In this document: piece by piece, positions 43,595 through 53,860 of the stretch | How positions within the stretch are numbered: position 1 is the first letter of the stretch | How the letters are laid out: each line of letters begins with the position of its first letter | From: Desulfobacterales bacterium | GTDB lineage: Bacteria; Desulfobacterota; Desulfobacteria; Desulfobacterales; UBA2174 | Length of the DNA: 64,000 bases | Direction: 5' to 3' | NCBI GenBank assembly: GCA_963668645.2 | Contig: CAXXWC010000019.1 | Location: 192,001-256,000, forward strand | Notes under the pieces: model-generated | Databases searched by the model: none | Told to the model about the DNA's origin: nothing | Seen by the model: the letters and a program-made list of their open reading frames with translations, nothing else | Translations under genes and position numbers: made by a program

Positions 43595-45133
43595 ATGTAC
43601 TCCCCCGAAGACAATTCAAAGGACGCCGATCAGGTCCGCCACCCCCTGCGCTTCAAGATCTTTCTCGTCTGCCTGATACCGACCGCGGCCCTGCTGGCCG
43701 CAGCGTTTCTCAACAATCAATATCTCAGCGAGCTGGGCGCGAGCGCCGACCAGATCTTGTCTAAAAACTACAAGAGCATCCGTGCGGCCCAGGAAGCGCG
43801 CAAAACCCTTGAACAGATCCGCAACGTGCTGCTGGGAAAAGCTTCGTCAGGGGCTGCAATCCCGATTCCGGCATCCACTCTTGATACTCTGGCAGTCAAT
43901 CTGGAAGTTTGCCGGCAGAACATCACCGAGAAAGGCGAGCGGGAGTTGATCGATCGGCTGTTCGAACGCCAGAGGCGATATCGGGCGGCGGCCAAGGAAA
44001 TGCAAGAGAACCCCGCAGGCCGGGATGGAGAGAGGCGCCTGGCGGACTTTCTGGGCGTTACTGCCGCCATGGTTGGCCTGATCGATGACATGGTGACCAT
44101 CAACGAAGAAGCCATGGAGCATGCCGAGCAGAAAACCCGGCTGCTGGCCCTCCAGGCCCAGCGCAACGCGGCGGTCCTTTTCGGTGTTGTCATCGTCGCG
44201 ATCCTGGTGCTGAGTTATTTTCTTTCTTACCGGATTGCCCGGCCGCTCATGAACCTGGCGCGCGTTTTGTCCGCGACCAGGGAAGGAAGCGGCTTCTACC
44301 CCACCGTAAAAGCGACGACCAACGACGAAATCGGCTTTCTGACCACCGCGTTCAATCGCCTCTTTAACCGTCTGGAGATTCATGACCGCCACCGCGACGA
44401 TATCCTTGCGGCGGAGAAAGAAAAAGTCCGCTGCAGCGAGGAGGCCAAGGGGAAATTCGTCGCCGACATCTCGCACCAGCTCAAGACCCCGATGACTTCC
44501 CTGTCCATGGGGGTGGGTATGCTTTACGAGCGCGGGCAGCGACTCGGCGCCGAAACCCGTGCCAAACTGATTGCCACGGCCCACGACGACTGCAACCGCC
44601 TTTCGGCGCTGATCAACGAGCTGGTGGACGCATCGCGGTTGGAAGCCCTTTCCCGGCCGCGCCCCAAAGAGACCCTGGATGTGGCAGTGGTTATCCGCGA
44701 ATGCCTGGCGCCCTTGCAGAAACAGGCGGGCGACAAGGGGATCTTTCTGGACATCGACATCGGCACCGGCCTTGAACTGGTGACCATCGATTCGTTTCGC
44801 TTCCCATGGGTCATCACCAACCTGGTGGGCAACGCCCTGCGCTACACGGATCGCGGCGGGCAGATCCGGCTCAGCGCCCGCCAGCGCGGCACGCGCTGCT
44901 ACTTCGCGTGCCGCGATACGGGAAGCGGCATCGACCCGGCCTACCTGCCGCACATCTTCGATCGCTACACCCAGTTTTCAGAGCGCGGCAAAAGCGGTAC
45001 CATCGGGCTCGGTCTGGCCATCGTCAAGGACATCATCGAGCAGCACGGCGGCGACATCCGGGTCCACAGCCTTCCCGGGCAGGGAACGACCTTCACCTTC
45101 TGGATCCCAAGCGGCAAAGAGGAGCTTGCGTGA
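43595..45133 (+). CDS. HAMP sensor histidine kinase (KinB-like)
   Basis: Two TMs, HAMP, SHQLKTP H-box, NLVGNA, DTGSGI, GLGLAI. Confidence 0.92.
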   Translation: MYSPEDNSKDADQVRHPLRFKIFLVCLIPTAALLAAAFLNNQYLSELGASADQILSKNYKSIRAAQEARKTLEQIRNVLLGKASSGAAIPIPASTLDTLAVNLEVCRQNITEKGERELIDRLFERQRRYRAAAKEMQENPAGRDGERRLADFLGVTAAMVGLIDDMVTINEEAMEHAEQKTRLLALQAQRNAAVLFGVVIVAILVLSYFLSYRIARPLMNLARVLSATREGSGFYPTVKATTNDEIGFLTTAFNRLFNRLEIHDRHRDDILAAEKEKVRCSEEAKGKFVADISHQLKTPMTSLSMGVGMLYERGQRLGAETRAKLIATAHDDCNRLSALINELVDASRLEALSRPRPKETLDVAVVIRECLAPLQKQAGDKGIFLDIDIGTGLELVTIDSFRFPWVITNLVGNALRYTDRGGQIRLSARQRGTRCYFACRDTGSGIDPAYLPHIFDRYTQFSERGKSGTIGLGLAIVKDIIEQHGGDIRVHSLPGQGTTFTFWIPSGKEELA

Positions 45134-46452
45134 AGACAGCGCTGGTGATCGACGACGATCACAACATCCTGACGATTCTCGAAGTCTACCTGCAAGACCT
45201 GGGAATGGAAGTCACCACCGCATCGAGCGGGGCCGAGGGGCTCGACTGCCTGCGCCGCAAGACACCGGATGTGGTGCTGCTGGACCTGAAGCTGCCGGAC
45301 CATAACGGGCTGGATGTGCTGCGGGAAATCGTGGCCGCCGGAATCCCGACCCAGGTGGTGATGATCACCGCCTATGCCACGTTGGAAACGGCTGTGCAGG
45401 CGGTGAAGATGGGGGCCTTCGATTACCTGCCCAAGCCCTTCGTACCGGGCCAACTCGCTCTCGTGCTGGAACGGGTCAGACGTTTCACCTCCATGGAGGC
45501 CGAGATCGCCGCGCTAAAGGGGGTTTTCTCCGAGGGCGGCATCCTGACCCGCAACCGCCGCATGCGCAAGATCCTCCAAAACGCGCGCCAGGCGGCCGAG
45601 GCCCAGGCCACGGTGCTCATCAGCGGTGAAAGCGGCACCGGCAAGGGGTTGCTGGCCGGCCTGCTCCACGAATGGAGCTCGCGGGCCCAAGGCCCCTTCG
45701 TCACGGTGGACTGCGCTGCACTGCAAGAAAACCTGCTGGAAAGCGACCTGTTCGGCCACACCAAGGGTGCCTTCACCGGGGCTTCCAGGGACAAGGTGGG
45801 CAAGCTGCGCCTGGCCGAGGGGGGCACCGTTTTTCTGGATGAAGTCTCCGAAATCCCGCCTGCAATCCAGGGCAAGCTCCTGCGGTTCTTGCAGCACCGG
45901 GAGTTCGAGCGTCTCGGCGACCCGATCCCCCAAACCGTAGACGTGCGCGTGATCGCCGCCACGAACCGGGATCTGGAAGAACGGGTGCGTGACGGGATCT
46001 TCCGAGAAGACCTCTATTTCCGGCTGAACGTGCTGGAACTTTTCCTGCCCCCGCTGCGGGAGCGTCCCGAAGACATCCCCTTGCTGGCCGAGCACTATCG
46101 CAAGCGATCGGCCCGGCTCAACGACAAGCCGGCAGGCCGCATTACCCCCGAGGCCATGCAGCGGCTCCAGAATTATCCCTGGCCGGGAAACGTCCGTGAA
46201 CTGGTCAATACCATGGAACGCTGCGTCGTAATGGGCGGCGGCACCTTGGGCGTGGAGGGACTGCCTGCCGGCATTGCAAATTACAACCCGGCCGCCGCAG
46301 GGGCGGACCGCTTCGCCAGTTTGGCGGAGATAGAAAAAACCCACATTCAAAGCGTTATCCTGCATACCAATTCGCTGGAGGAAGCCGCACGCGTGCTCGG
46401 GATCGATCCGGCCACCTTGTGGCGCAAGCGCAAACGCTATCAGTTGGATTGA
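45130..46452 (+). CDS. Sigma54-dependent response regulator (AlgB/NtrC-like)
   Basis: GTG 45130 overlaps the kinase stop; receiver domain, GESGTGKG, GAFTGA, HTH TLWRKRK. Confidence 0.92.
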   Translation: MKTALVIDDDHNILTILEVYLQDLGMEVTTASSGAEGLDCLRRKTPDVVLLDLKLPDHNGLDVLREIVAAGIPTQVVMITAYATLETAVQAVKMGAFDYLPKPFVPGQLALVLERVRRFTSMEAEIAALKGVFSEGGILTRNRRMRKILQNARQAAEAQATVLISGESGTGKGLLAGLLHEWSSRAQGPFVTVDCAALQENLLESDLFGHTKGAFTGASRDKVGKLRLAEGGTVFLDEVSEIPPAIQGKLLRFLQHREFERLGDPIPQTVDVRVIAATNRDLEERVRDGIFREDLYFRLNVLELFLPPLRERPEDIPLLAEHYRKRSARLNDKPAGRITPEAMQRLQNYPWPGNVRELVNTMERCVVMGGGTLGVEGLPAGIANYNPAAAGADRFASLAEIEKTHIQSVILHTNSLEEAARVLGIDPATLWRKRKRYQLD

Positions 46453-46457
46453 CCCTC

Positions 46458-46583
46458 TTGCATTTTGCAGGACCGTTTCGTTGCATATTTCAAGAAACGG
46501 CCCCCGACAAAGCCCGCCTTTTCCCCGCTTTGCGCCTACCCCATAGAAAGTATTACTAAAAACGGATCCGGCATCCGTTTTGC
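46458..46583 (+). promoter_or_regulatory. Enhancer pair plus canonical sigma54 promoter
   Basis: TTGCATTTTGCAG (46458) and TTGCATATTTCAA (46481); GG-CATCCGTTTT-GC at 46570-46583. Confidence 0.65.
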
Positions 46584-46650
46584 CTATAGACGATCATCCA
46601 TGTACCCGCGGTTGCAGGCCGCCGATTGATCGTCAAGGCAGCAAAGGCTG

Positions 46651-47229
46651 ATGAACCCATCGAAAACAAACCCCTTGGTACTAGTGGCCGCCTTCCTGCC
46701 CGGTTGGAACCCGGTGCGACAGGACGGCGTGCAAACGGTCCGCACGGCACTGGCCTGCATGCACACGGCCACCAGGTGCCGCTACGATATGATCCAGATC
46801 CATAGTACGGTAAACGATGTAATTGCCCGGGCGGACCTGGTCGATCTGGTGGATTGTCTGCGGCATCACCCGGCAAGCCGGCAGACGCCGGTGCTCTTAA
46901 CCCTGGACAGATGGCATCGGACCGTCCTGGCCGAACTGAAAGCAGCCGGGCTGGAGCTTGTCGGTCTGCGCCCACCGGGCAAAGCGGCCGATCCCCTGGC
47001 CCTCTATCACCAATCCACCTGCTGCCGCCTGCGTTTCGATCTCTGCCATGCGCTCTTACAGCTATGCCCCCATTTGAACTATTCGTTTTTCGACGGCGGC
47101 ACGGAACTGGTCACCTGCGGCGCCTACCGTAACCGGATGGTGCTGGGGGGCGAACGGCTGCGATCCGTATGCCAGGCGTCCGTTCACTGTCACTGCGATT
47201 ATTTCATCGAGGCCAAAGCACGGCCATGA
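46651..47229 (+). CDS. Hypothetical protein, degenerate receiver-like N-terminus and Cys/His-rich C-terminus
   Basis: LRHHPASRQTPV; CP...CGAY...C...H.C.YF. Confidence 0.6.
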   Translation: MNPSKTNPLVLVAAFLPGWNPVRQDGVQTVRTALACMHTATRCRYDMIQIHSTVNDVIARADLVDLVDCLRHHPASRQTPVLLTLDRWHRTVLAELKAAGLELVGLRPPGKAADPLALYHQSTCCRLRFDLCHALLQLCPHLNYSFFDGGTELVTCGAYRNRMVLGGERLRSVCQASVHCHCDYFIEAKARP

Positions 47230-47334
47230 CACCCCCCAGCCGAAGGCCCAAGCCTCAACCCGGCCCCCTTTTGCCCCTGCCTGCCCGCTTGTCCGCCACC
47301 GGCTCTGGGTGAGAGTGCAAAGAAAGGACATATC

Positions 47335-49134
47335 TTGAGATTCAACGTCATCAAACCCGATGCATCGGACGAAGCCAGGGCCACCACCGCCGAGCTGATG
47401 CTGGGCGGGTCTTCACGCAAACGGCTCAGCCAATGGCTGGCCACCGGCATCTGCGGCAACGACATCACCTCTTCGTGCCTCTATGTTTCGGCCATCGCGG
47501 CCGTCTTCGCCGGGGTGCTGGCACCGGTGGTCCTGCTGATGGTCATCGGTGTGCTTTATCTTTACAAGAAAGTCTACATCGAGGTGGTCGAAGCCCTGCC
47601 CCTCAACGGCGGGACATACAACTGTCTGCTCAACTCCACCTCCAAGTTCGCCGCGGCCCTGTCGGCCTGCATGACCATTTTGTCCTACATCGCTACGGCC
47701 GTCATCTCAGCCAAGACCGGCATCGACTACCTTTATTCACTTTATCCGCAATTCAACGTGATGGCCACCACCATCGCCGTGTTGGCGGTCTTTGCCGTTC
47801 TGGCCATCATCGGCATCACCGAGTCGGCTGTGGTGGCGCTGTCGATTTTCATATTGCACATGGCCACCCTGGCGTTGTTCTGTTTCATGGGGGCGTTGAG
47901 CATCCCGGGGGATTTTCACGTCTTCAAGGCCAACCTGGCAACCCTGCCCAACGGCGACGAGCTTATCGTCGCGCTGGCCATGGGATTCAGCGCCGCGCTT
48001 CTGGGCATCAGCGGTTTTGAAAGTTCGGCCAATTTCGTGGAAGAACAGGAGGCCGGGGTTTTCAGAAAGACCCTGCGCAACATGCTCGTGGCCGTGGCCA
48101 TCATCAATCCGCTGATTTCCGTCTTGTCGCTTAACCTGCTGCCCATCGATCAGATCATCGCCTACAAGGAAAACCTGCTGTCCCACATGGCGTTCCTTAT
48201 GGGCGGCCAGGTCTTTCGCGTCTTGCTGGTGATCGATGCCGCCCTGGTGCTGGCCGGCGCCGTGCTGACCAGCTTCGTGGGCGTCACCGGCCTGGTGCAG
48301 CGCATGGCGCTGGATCAGTGCCTGCCTCAGTTCCTGCTGAAAAAAAACAGGCGCGGCACGTCCCACCGGATCATCATTGCCTTTTTCCTCTTGTGCTCAT
48401 CCATCCTCATTGTCACCGGTGGCAACCTGCTCTCCCTGGCCGGGGTCTACACCATCTCCTTTCTGGGGGTCATGACCCTGTTCGGATTGGGCAACATCCT
48501 GCTCAAAATCCGCCGCAAGAAACTCAAGCGCACCTACCGGGCCGGCTGGCCCACCATCCTGGTGGCCATCACCGCCACGAGTCTGGGGATCGTGGGCAAC
48601 GTGATCATCGATTATGAAAACCTGCTGTTTTTCCTGCGCTATTTTATCCCTACGATTTTGTTGGTGGTCATGATGTATCTTCGCATTCCCTTGCTCAAAG
48701 CCATCCTGGACGTACTCAACAACATCATGATCCGGCTGCTGGTCTGGCGGACCATGGTTGTGGATCTCATCAGTGCCATTACCAACCGGAAGGTGATGGT
48801 CTTTACCCGTGGCGGCGATTTGAATCGGCTTCACGCTGCCTTCAATTACATCCACCACAACGAATCAAGCCGTATTATTGTGGTCATTCACCTGTTCAGC
48901 GGACCAGAGGATGACGAAAGCGAGGCCATCCAAAAAAGCCTGGAGATTCTGGGCCGGATCTTCATGAACTATGAGATTGAATTTCATAGCTGTCGGGGCA
49001 GCTTCGGGCCGGATATGATCCAGACTTTGTCGCGGAAATATAACGTGGCGGTAAACAACATCTTCATCGGTGCCCCGGAGGAAAAGCACCATTTTTCCAT
49101 CCAGGAACTGGGAGGTGTGCGGGTCATTTTTTAA
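47335..49134 (+). CDS. APC-superfamily permease with C-terminal soluble domain
   Basis: Multiple TMs, GNDITSS, LPLNGGTY, GISGFESSAN. Confidence 0.88.
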   Translation: MRFNVIKPDASDEARATTAELMLGGSSRKRLSQWLATGICGNDITSSCLYVSAIAAVFAGVLAPVVLLMVIGVLYLYKKVYIEVVEALPLNGGTYNCLLNSTSKFAAALSACMTILSYIATAVISAKTGIDYLYSLYPQFNVMATTIAVLAVFAVLAIIGITESAVVALSIFILHMATLALFCFMGALSIPGDFHVFKANLATLPNGDELIVALAMGFSAALLGISGFESSANFVEEQEAGVFRKTLRNMLVAVAIINPLISVLSLNLLPIDQIIAYKENLLSHMAFLMGGQVFRVLLVIDAALVLAGAVLTSFVGVTGLVQRMALDQCLPQFLLKKNRRGTSHRIIIAFFLLCSSILIVTGGNLLSLAGVYTISFLGVMTLFGLGNILLKIRRKKLKRTYRAGWPTILVAITATSLGIVGNVIIDYENLLFFLRYFIPTILLVVMMYLRIPLLKAILDVLNNIMIRLLVWRTMVVDLISAITNRKVMVFTRGGDLNRLHAAFNYIHHNESSRIIVVIHLFSGPEDDESEAIQKSLEILGRIFMNYEIEFHSCRGSFGPDMIQTLSRKYNVAVNNIFIGAPEEKHHFSIQELGGVRVIF

Positions 49135-49236
49135 AAGGCCCGTCTTACGGAAGTTGATATGCCCTGCGGGTCCTGATCCTTGCCGGGCGATCGCCCGGTT
49201 GCGAAACCGTCCGCAATCACCCCTGTTACGGCAGCA

Positions 49237-50571
49237 TCAGGAGCGAACAGATCTGTCCTCCACAAGTTTCTTGCGGTATTCGGATGGGGAAATATTCTCT
49301 TTTTTCTTGAACACTTTCGCAAAATGACTCGGATCCGCATACCCGACCGCCAGGCAGATGTCGATGGTGCTCTGGGTTGTCTCTTTGAGCAGGTTTTTGG
49401 CAATGGATATGCGCACCGACGTCAGATAGTCCATAAAAGATGTGCCCATTTCCTTGCGAAACAGGTGGCTGAGATAATAGGGACTGATTCCCACGGCCTC
49501 AGCCAATTGTTTCAGAGAAATATTCTGGTTATGGTTTTTCCAGATATATTCCTTGGCTTTTGCGAAAATGGCCGTGTGCTGGATATTGCGGTTCTGGTAA
49601 ATGCATTCGAAGAGCTGATTGAAGGCTTTCATCAAAAAATGGTAGAGGGTTTGCTGGGAGTCGTCATTTGAAAGGTTTTGTACGCACTGATATTTGAAGC
49701 CCAAGATTTCTTCCAGGTTCGCCCCCGCTTCCACGGCGGCTCTGGCGATGACGAAAATGATTTCCAGTGCCCTGGCCTTGAGGATTCCGATGTGCTGATG
49801 GCTTCGGAACAGGGCGGTACCCAAAATTTCGTCCAGAAGTGCTTTGGCCTTTTTCCGATCGCCGATTTTGATCAGGTCGATCAGTTCGTTTTCTTTGTAT
49901 ATTTCCCTTTTCGAGGATAGTGGTTGGATCGGCACATCCTCCTCTTCTTCCAATTTTGAAAATTTGCTTAAAAACAATCCCTCGGCAAGCAGCGATTGCT
50001 GGAAGGAGATTTCGTGCTGCTGGTGCATGGTCAGCAAATCGATCTTTGAAAAATAGGTGGCAATCAGAAAAAGCAGATCGGCCGCAGCCTGAACCCTGCG
50101 CTCCGAATAAATGGGAATGTTACCAAGGCTGTCCAGGAGCTGTTGTTCGTCTATGCCGAGGTTCTGGCCCCCATCCACAACGCCCTGCGTGATTTGCGCA
50201 TTGAGCGGACGCAGCAGCATCGGCCCGCAAACGAAGGCCGCCGTACTGCCGTCTCTGCCCTTGAAAGCCGCAGTAAAGGCAATCATCCCCGCATGGCATT
50301 GAAAAATATACGGCTCTCCGGTCTTCACGGAGAGGTTGATGGCCCGGTTGATATCCTGAAGGCAATTGTCCATGCCTAGCTGGCAGCTGCGGATGGTCCG
50401 GCAATAGGAATGTCCGATATCATTGAAGGACCTGACCCCATTTTGGTTCGTGACCGGAAACAGATATACCTCCAACTTCATGGCTTCCCGGAAGGAACCA
50501 AGCATTCGCAGCAGGAGCTTCTCTTCCTGTAAATTGGTCACCAATCTTTTAGGCATAACTTTTTCCGGCAA
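49237..50571 (-). CDS. PocR-sensor AraC-family transcriptional regulator
   Basis: YC..IR..C..YIFQCHAG PocR motif; C-terminal double HTH (ISPYYLSHLF, VGYADPSHF). Confidence 0.9.
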   Translation of the reverse strand: MPEKVMPKRLVTNLQEEKLLLRMLGSFREAMKLEVYLFPVTNQNGVRSFNDIGHSYCRTIRSCQLGMDNCLQDINRAINLSVKTGEPYIFQCHAGMIAFTAAFKGRDGSTAAFVCGPMLLRPLNAQITQGVVDGGQNLGIDEQQLLDSLGNIPIYSERRVQAAADLLFLIATYFSKIDLLTMHQQHEISFQQSLLAEGLFLSKFSKLEEEEDVPIQPLSSKREIYKENELIDLIKIGDRKKAKALLDEILGTALFRSHQHIGILKARALEIIFVIARAAVEAGANLEEILGFKYQCVQNLSNDDSQQTLYHFLMKAFNQLFECIYQNRNIQHTAIFAKAKEYIWKNHNQNISLKQLAEAVGISPYYLSHLFRKEMGTSFMDYLTSVRISIAKNLLKETTQSTIDICLAVGYADPSHFAKVFKKKENISPSEYRKKLVEDRSVRS

Positions 50572-50583
50572 CGGCGGACTTGC

Positions 50584-51423
50584 TCAGGCTTTCTTTTGTT
50601 CCATCAACTCCCTGGCCTTCTTTACGCCGTCAACGGCATCCACCCCGAACCCGTCGGCCCCGATCTGGTCGGCGAACTCCTGGGTGATGGGCGCGCCGCC
50701 GACGATCGTTTTGACTTTCCCCTTGAGACCGGCTTTGCGCAAGGAGATGATCGTATCCTCCATGGCGTGCATGGTAACCGTATAAAGGCAGGAAAGCAGG
50801 AGAAGGTCCGGTTTGGCGCTTTTGACCATCTTGACGAAATGCTCGGGAGAAACATCGATGCCGAGATCGATGACATCGAACCCCGAGGCCTCCAAAAACA
50901 TCAAAAGGATGTTTTTCCCGATATCGTGAACGTCTCCCCGGACGGTACCGGCGACGGCCTTTCCGATGGCGGGCCCCCTTGTCGCCTTCAACACCGATTG
51001 AAGTGTGCCAAGGGCAAGTTTGGTGGCCATGGCAGACACGAGCACATTGGGGATAAAATATTCATAGGTCTTCCACCTCTCGCCGACGATTGCCAGCCCC
51101 TTGAGAATGCCATCCTCGATGAGGATGGCCGGTGGAATGCCTTCCTGCAAGCACTTCTCAGCTATGGAAACGACTCTTTTCGTGTTTCCCTTGACGATGG
51201 CGCATTCCAGCTGTCGAACCGAATTCATTGATATCTTCAAAGTGCGGCACCGTTCCACTTGGGGATTGGCAGGCATTCCGGGTTGAAGCCGGCGCTGCCT
51301 GTGGCAGCACTTTCCTTCAGACGGCCGGATATTTAGAGGGCGTGCCATCGGCAGCAGTGCTCCATCCTCCTCTTGCAGAAAAGCTGTGTTTCCTTCCTTG
51401 TGCCGGGCCTCGCTATTCATCAC
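50584..51423 (-). CDS. Corrinoid (B12-binding) protein 2; start at 51228 or translationally coupled at 51423
   Basis: GDVHDIGKN, LGIDV, GGAP, GADG. Confidence 0.9.
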   Translation of the reverse strand: MMNSEARHKEGNTAFLQEEDGALLPMARPLNIRPSEGKCCHRQRRLQPGMPANPQVERCRTLKISMNSVRQLECAIVKGNTKRVVSIAEKCLQEGIPPAILIEDGILKGLAIVGERWKTYEYFIPNVLVSAMATKLALGTLQSVLKATRGPAIGKAVAGTVRGDVHDIGKNILLMFLEASGFDVIDLGIDVSPEHFVKMVKSAKPDLLLLSCLYTVTMHAMEDTIISLRKAGLKGKVKTIVGGAPITQEFADQIGADGFGVDAVDGVKKARELMEQKKA

Positions 51424-51905
51424 GCTGTTTTTGCTTCACTCGCCGCCTTCGCAATACGCATACGACGGACAACTTTATGCTTCAACTTCTGAAAGACGAA
51501 CCAGAAGTAGATCTCTTGTGGCATATTGGTGCGGGCTTCCTTCAGTACCTGCATACCCTGCCGGGCACAGTTCAACGCCTGGGAAAAGCGGCCCGCATCC
51601 AAGTGCAGGCAGCACATGCGCTGATAGGTGAAGGGCGTCAGGGCCCCCTGCCGCACACCTTTTTCGTAACTTTCCAAAGCCCGCCGGAGGTCACCGATCT
51701 TTTCATAGAGGATACCCAGTTTGTTGTAAATCAGAACCCGACCGGCGCTTCTGGGAGGATAGTGTTCCAGGGCCTTGAAGTAAACATTCTCAGCGTCGCG
51801 GTAATGCGCCTGGTTAAACAGTCTCTGGCCCTCGATCACCGGGCCCAAGGCTTCGATGGTTTCCTGGGAGATGGAGGCCTTCGGTATCAGGTCATGCCAG
51901 CTCAT
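51420..51905 (-). CDS. TPR-repeat protein
   Basis: YNKLGILYEKIGD..ALESYEKG; overlaps both neighbours. Confidence 0.75.
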   Translation of the reverse strand: MSWHDLIPKASISQETIEALGPVIEGQRLFNQAHYRDAENVYFKALEHYPPRSAGRVLIYNKLGILYEKIGDLRRALESYEKGVRQGALTPFTYQRMCCLHLDAGRFSQALNCARQGMQVLKEARTNMPQEIYFWFVFQKLKHKVVRRMRIAKAASEAKTA

Positions 51906-53731
51906 GACGGAAAGGCCATGCCATGAATAAATTGGAGTTGAAAATCAGGCGTCCGTGCCAGATCGATGTGATCGATCCGCTCGGCAATGCGTACCGCCTC
52001 TTTGTAAGCGACCCGGGAGAGCAGGGCCATACGGGCTCCACTGCCAGCCGCGTTTCCCACCTGCCGGATTTTCGCCCGGGGAAAGGCTGGCAGAAAGCCT
52101 ATCCCCATGGCGCTGCGCGCGCGCACATAGTTGCCGAAAGCCCCTGCCAGTAGTACTTCATAAATATCTTCAGACTTCAGTTCCAGATAATCAAGCATTA
52201 TCCGTATCCCCGCCAGCATGGCGCCTTTGGCGAGCTGCAATTCCCGGATATCTCTTTGAGTAATGACTACTGGATGATTTCCCGGCGAACGGTCCCCCTC
52301 GGTCAAAAAAAACTGACCGAGGGGTTCTTCGCTCAACCGGTGGGCATAGACAGAGCCGGCGGCTTCTTTTCCGGTGAGCAGCCGACCGTCGGAGGTGACA
52401 AGCCCGGCGGCCAGAAGCCCGGATACGGCGTCCACCAGGCCGGACCCGCAGATGCCCCGGGGCGGGACCTGGTCGATGACACGACAGACCACTTTGCCGT
52501 TTTCGAAATCGACCCGGTCTATGGCCCCACTGCAACCGCGCATACCGCACTGGATGTGGGCGCCCTCGAAGGCGGGCCCTGCGGCGCAGGAGCAAGCCAC
52601 CATGCGCTGCCCGTCACTGAGAACGATTTCGCCATTGGTGCCGATGTCTATGGCGATTCTGGGCTTGCGGCTCTTGTGCAGGCCGGTGGCCAGCACGACT
52701 GCCACGGTATCCGAGCCGATAAAACCGGAAACCAGCGGCAGAGAAAACACCATACCCAATGGGTTGATGTGAATGTCCAGATCCTTGGCCGGAGCCCTCA
52801 GTCCTTCGATAGAGATCGGGTTGTAGGGCGGCCGGATCAAAAGCTGGGGAAGGATGCCCCAGAAGAGTTGATTGATGGTGGTGTTGCCCACGATCATCAG
52901 GCTGTAGACAGCCTGGTTGGGCAGGCCCTCTTGTTGGCAGAGACTGTCTATGATGCCGTTGATGGTGGACAGAACCGATTGCCGTAGCTGATCGAGTCCC
53001 CGGGGGTAATGCAGCGCGTAGTCGATGCGGGTGATGACATCGGCACCATGGATCTGCTGCCCGTTCAGGGCTGCCTGCACACCGGCCATCCGGCCGGTGG
53101 TCAGGTCCAGCAGGTAGCCCACCACCGTGGTGGTGCCGATGTCCACGGCCAGGCCCCAAAACTGACGGGAGGTATCGCCGGGTTCAACCCCCAGGACCTG
53201 GTTCTCGTGAAGCAGGACGGTCAGACCTTCCTGGCCGGCCGGGTCGATGGCGCCAAGGCTCTGCAGAGCGGAAACATCCAGGCTGGCACAGCGCACGCCG
53301 GCCTGGCCCAGGCGCTCCCGAATCAGACCGGCCAGGGGCCCGTTTGTTTTCCAGTCGTCGCTATTCAAGGGTAAAAAAAGTTTTACCAGTGCGGGCCGGA
53401 GCCGCACGGCCCGCGAGACGCCCTCTTGCAGAATATGGTGCCTGGCTGCAACGGACGACAATAGCGTCACGCGCACCGGGCCTGTAATCCGTGCCTGGCA
53501 GGCCAGCCGCACCCCTTGGGCAATATCCCGGGAATCGATCTGTTTCAGTTCCATGGCGGTGGGAGGCGTCAGGCCCTCATGGGCAATCACCCGGCATTTG
53601 CCGCAGCTTCCCATCCCCCCGCAGTCGCTATCCAAAACCACACCGGCGCCACGAGCGGCCTCCAGCAGGGATGCCCCTTTTTCCACTTCCGCTTTCCGGC
53701 CTTCGGGTAGAAAAAGGACTTCCATTTTCAT
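51902..53731 (-). CDS. ATP-dependent reductive activator of corrinoid proteins (RACE/ASKHA) with [2Fe-2S] domain
   Basis: CGGMGSCGKC...RLACQ, DIGTTT, DIGTNGE, AGPAFEG, LAGAFG. Confidence 0.93.
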   Translation of the reverse strand: MKMEVLFLPEGRKAEVEKGASLLEAARGAGVVLDSDCGGMGSCGKCRVIAHEGLTPPTAMELKQIDSRDIAQGVRLACQARITGPVRVTLLSSVAARHHILQEGVSRAVRLRPALVKLFLPLNSDDWKTNGPLAGLIRERLGQAGVRCASLDVSALQSLGAIDPAGQEGLTVLLHENQVLGVEPGDTSRQFWGLAVDIGTTTVVGYLLDLTTGRMAGVQAALNGQQIHGADVITRIDYALHYPRGLDQLRQSVLSTINGIIDSLCQQEGLPNQAVYSLMIVGNTTINQLFWGILPQLLIRPPYNPISIEGLRAPAKDLDIHINPLGMVFSLPLVSGFIGSDTVAVVLATGLHKSRKPRIAIDIGTNGEIVLSDGQRMVACSCAAGPAFEGAHIQCGMRGCSGAIDRVDFENGKVVCRVIDQVPPRGICGSGLVDAVSGLLAAGLVTSDGRLLTGKEAAGSVYAHRLSEEPLGQFFLTEGDRSPGNHPVVITQRDIRELQLAKGAMLAGIRIMLDYLELKSEDIYEVLLAGAFGNYVRARSAMGIGFLPAFPRAKIRQVGNAAGSGARMALLSRVAYKEAVRIAERIDHIDLARTPDFQLQFIHGMAFPS

Positions 53732-53860
53732 GATTGTGCCTTAGCAGTTTTAGGCAATGCCGATTTGGCGGGGGAACGCCCTGTCGCTTGACACCAATTG
53801 GACTAAAACGAAGTTCCCCCGCTCGGATCCGCGCGTCTTCAGGTCAAAAGGGCCTCGGGC

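Noticed and set aside
44806..45129. Upstream extension of the response regulator ORF
   Set aside because: Overlaps the kinase; GTG 45130 with RBS and stop overlap is the better start.
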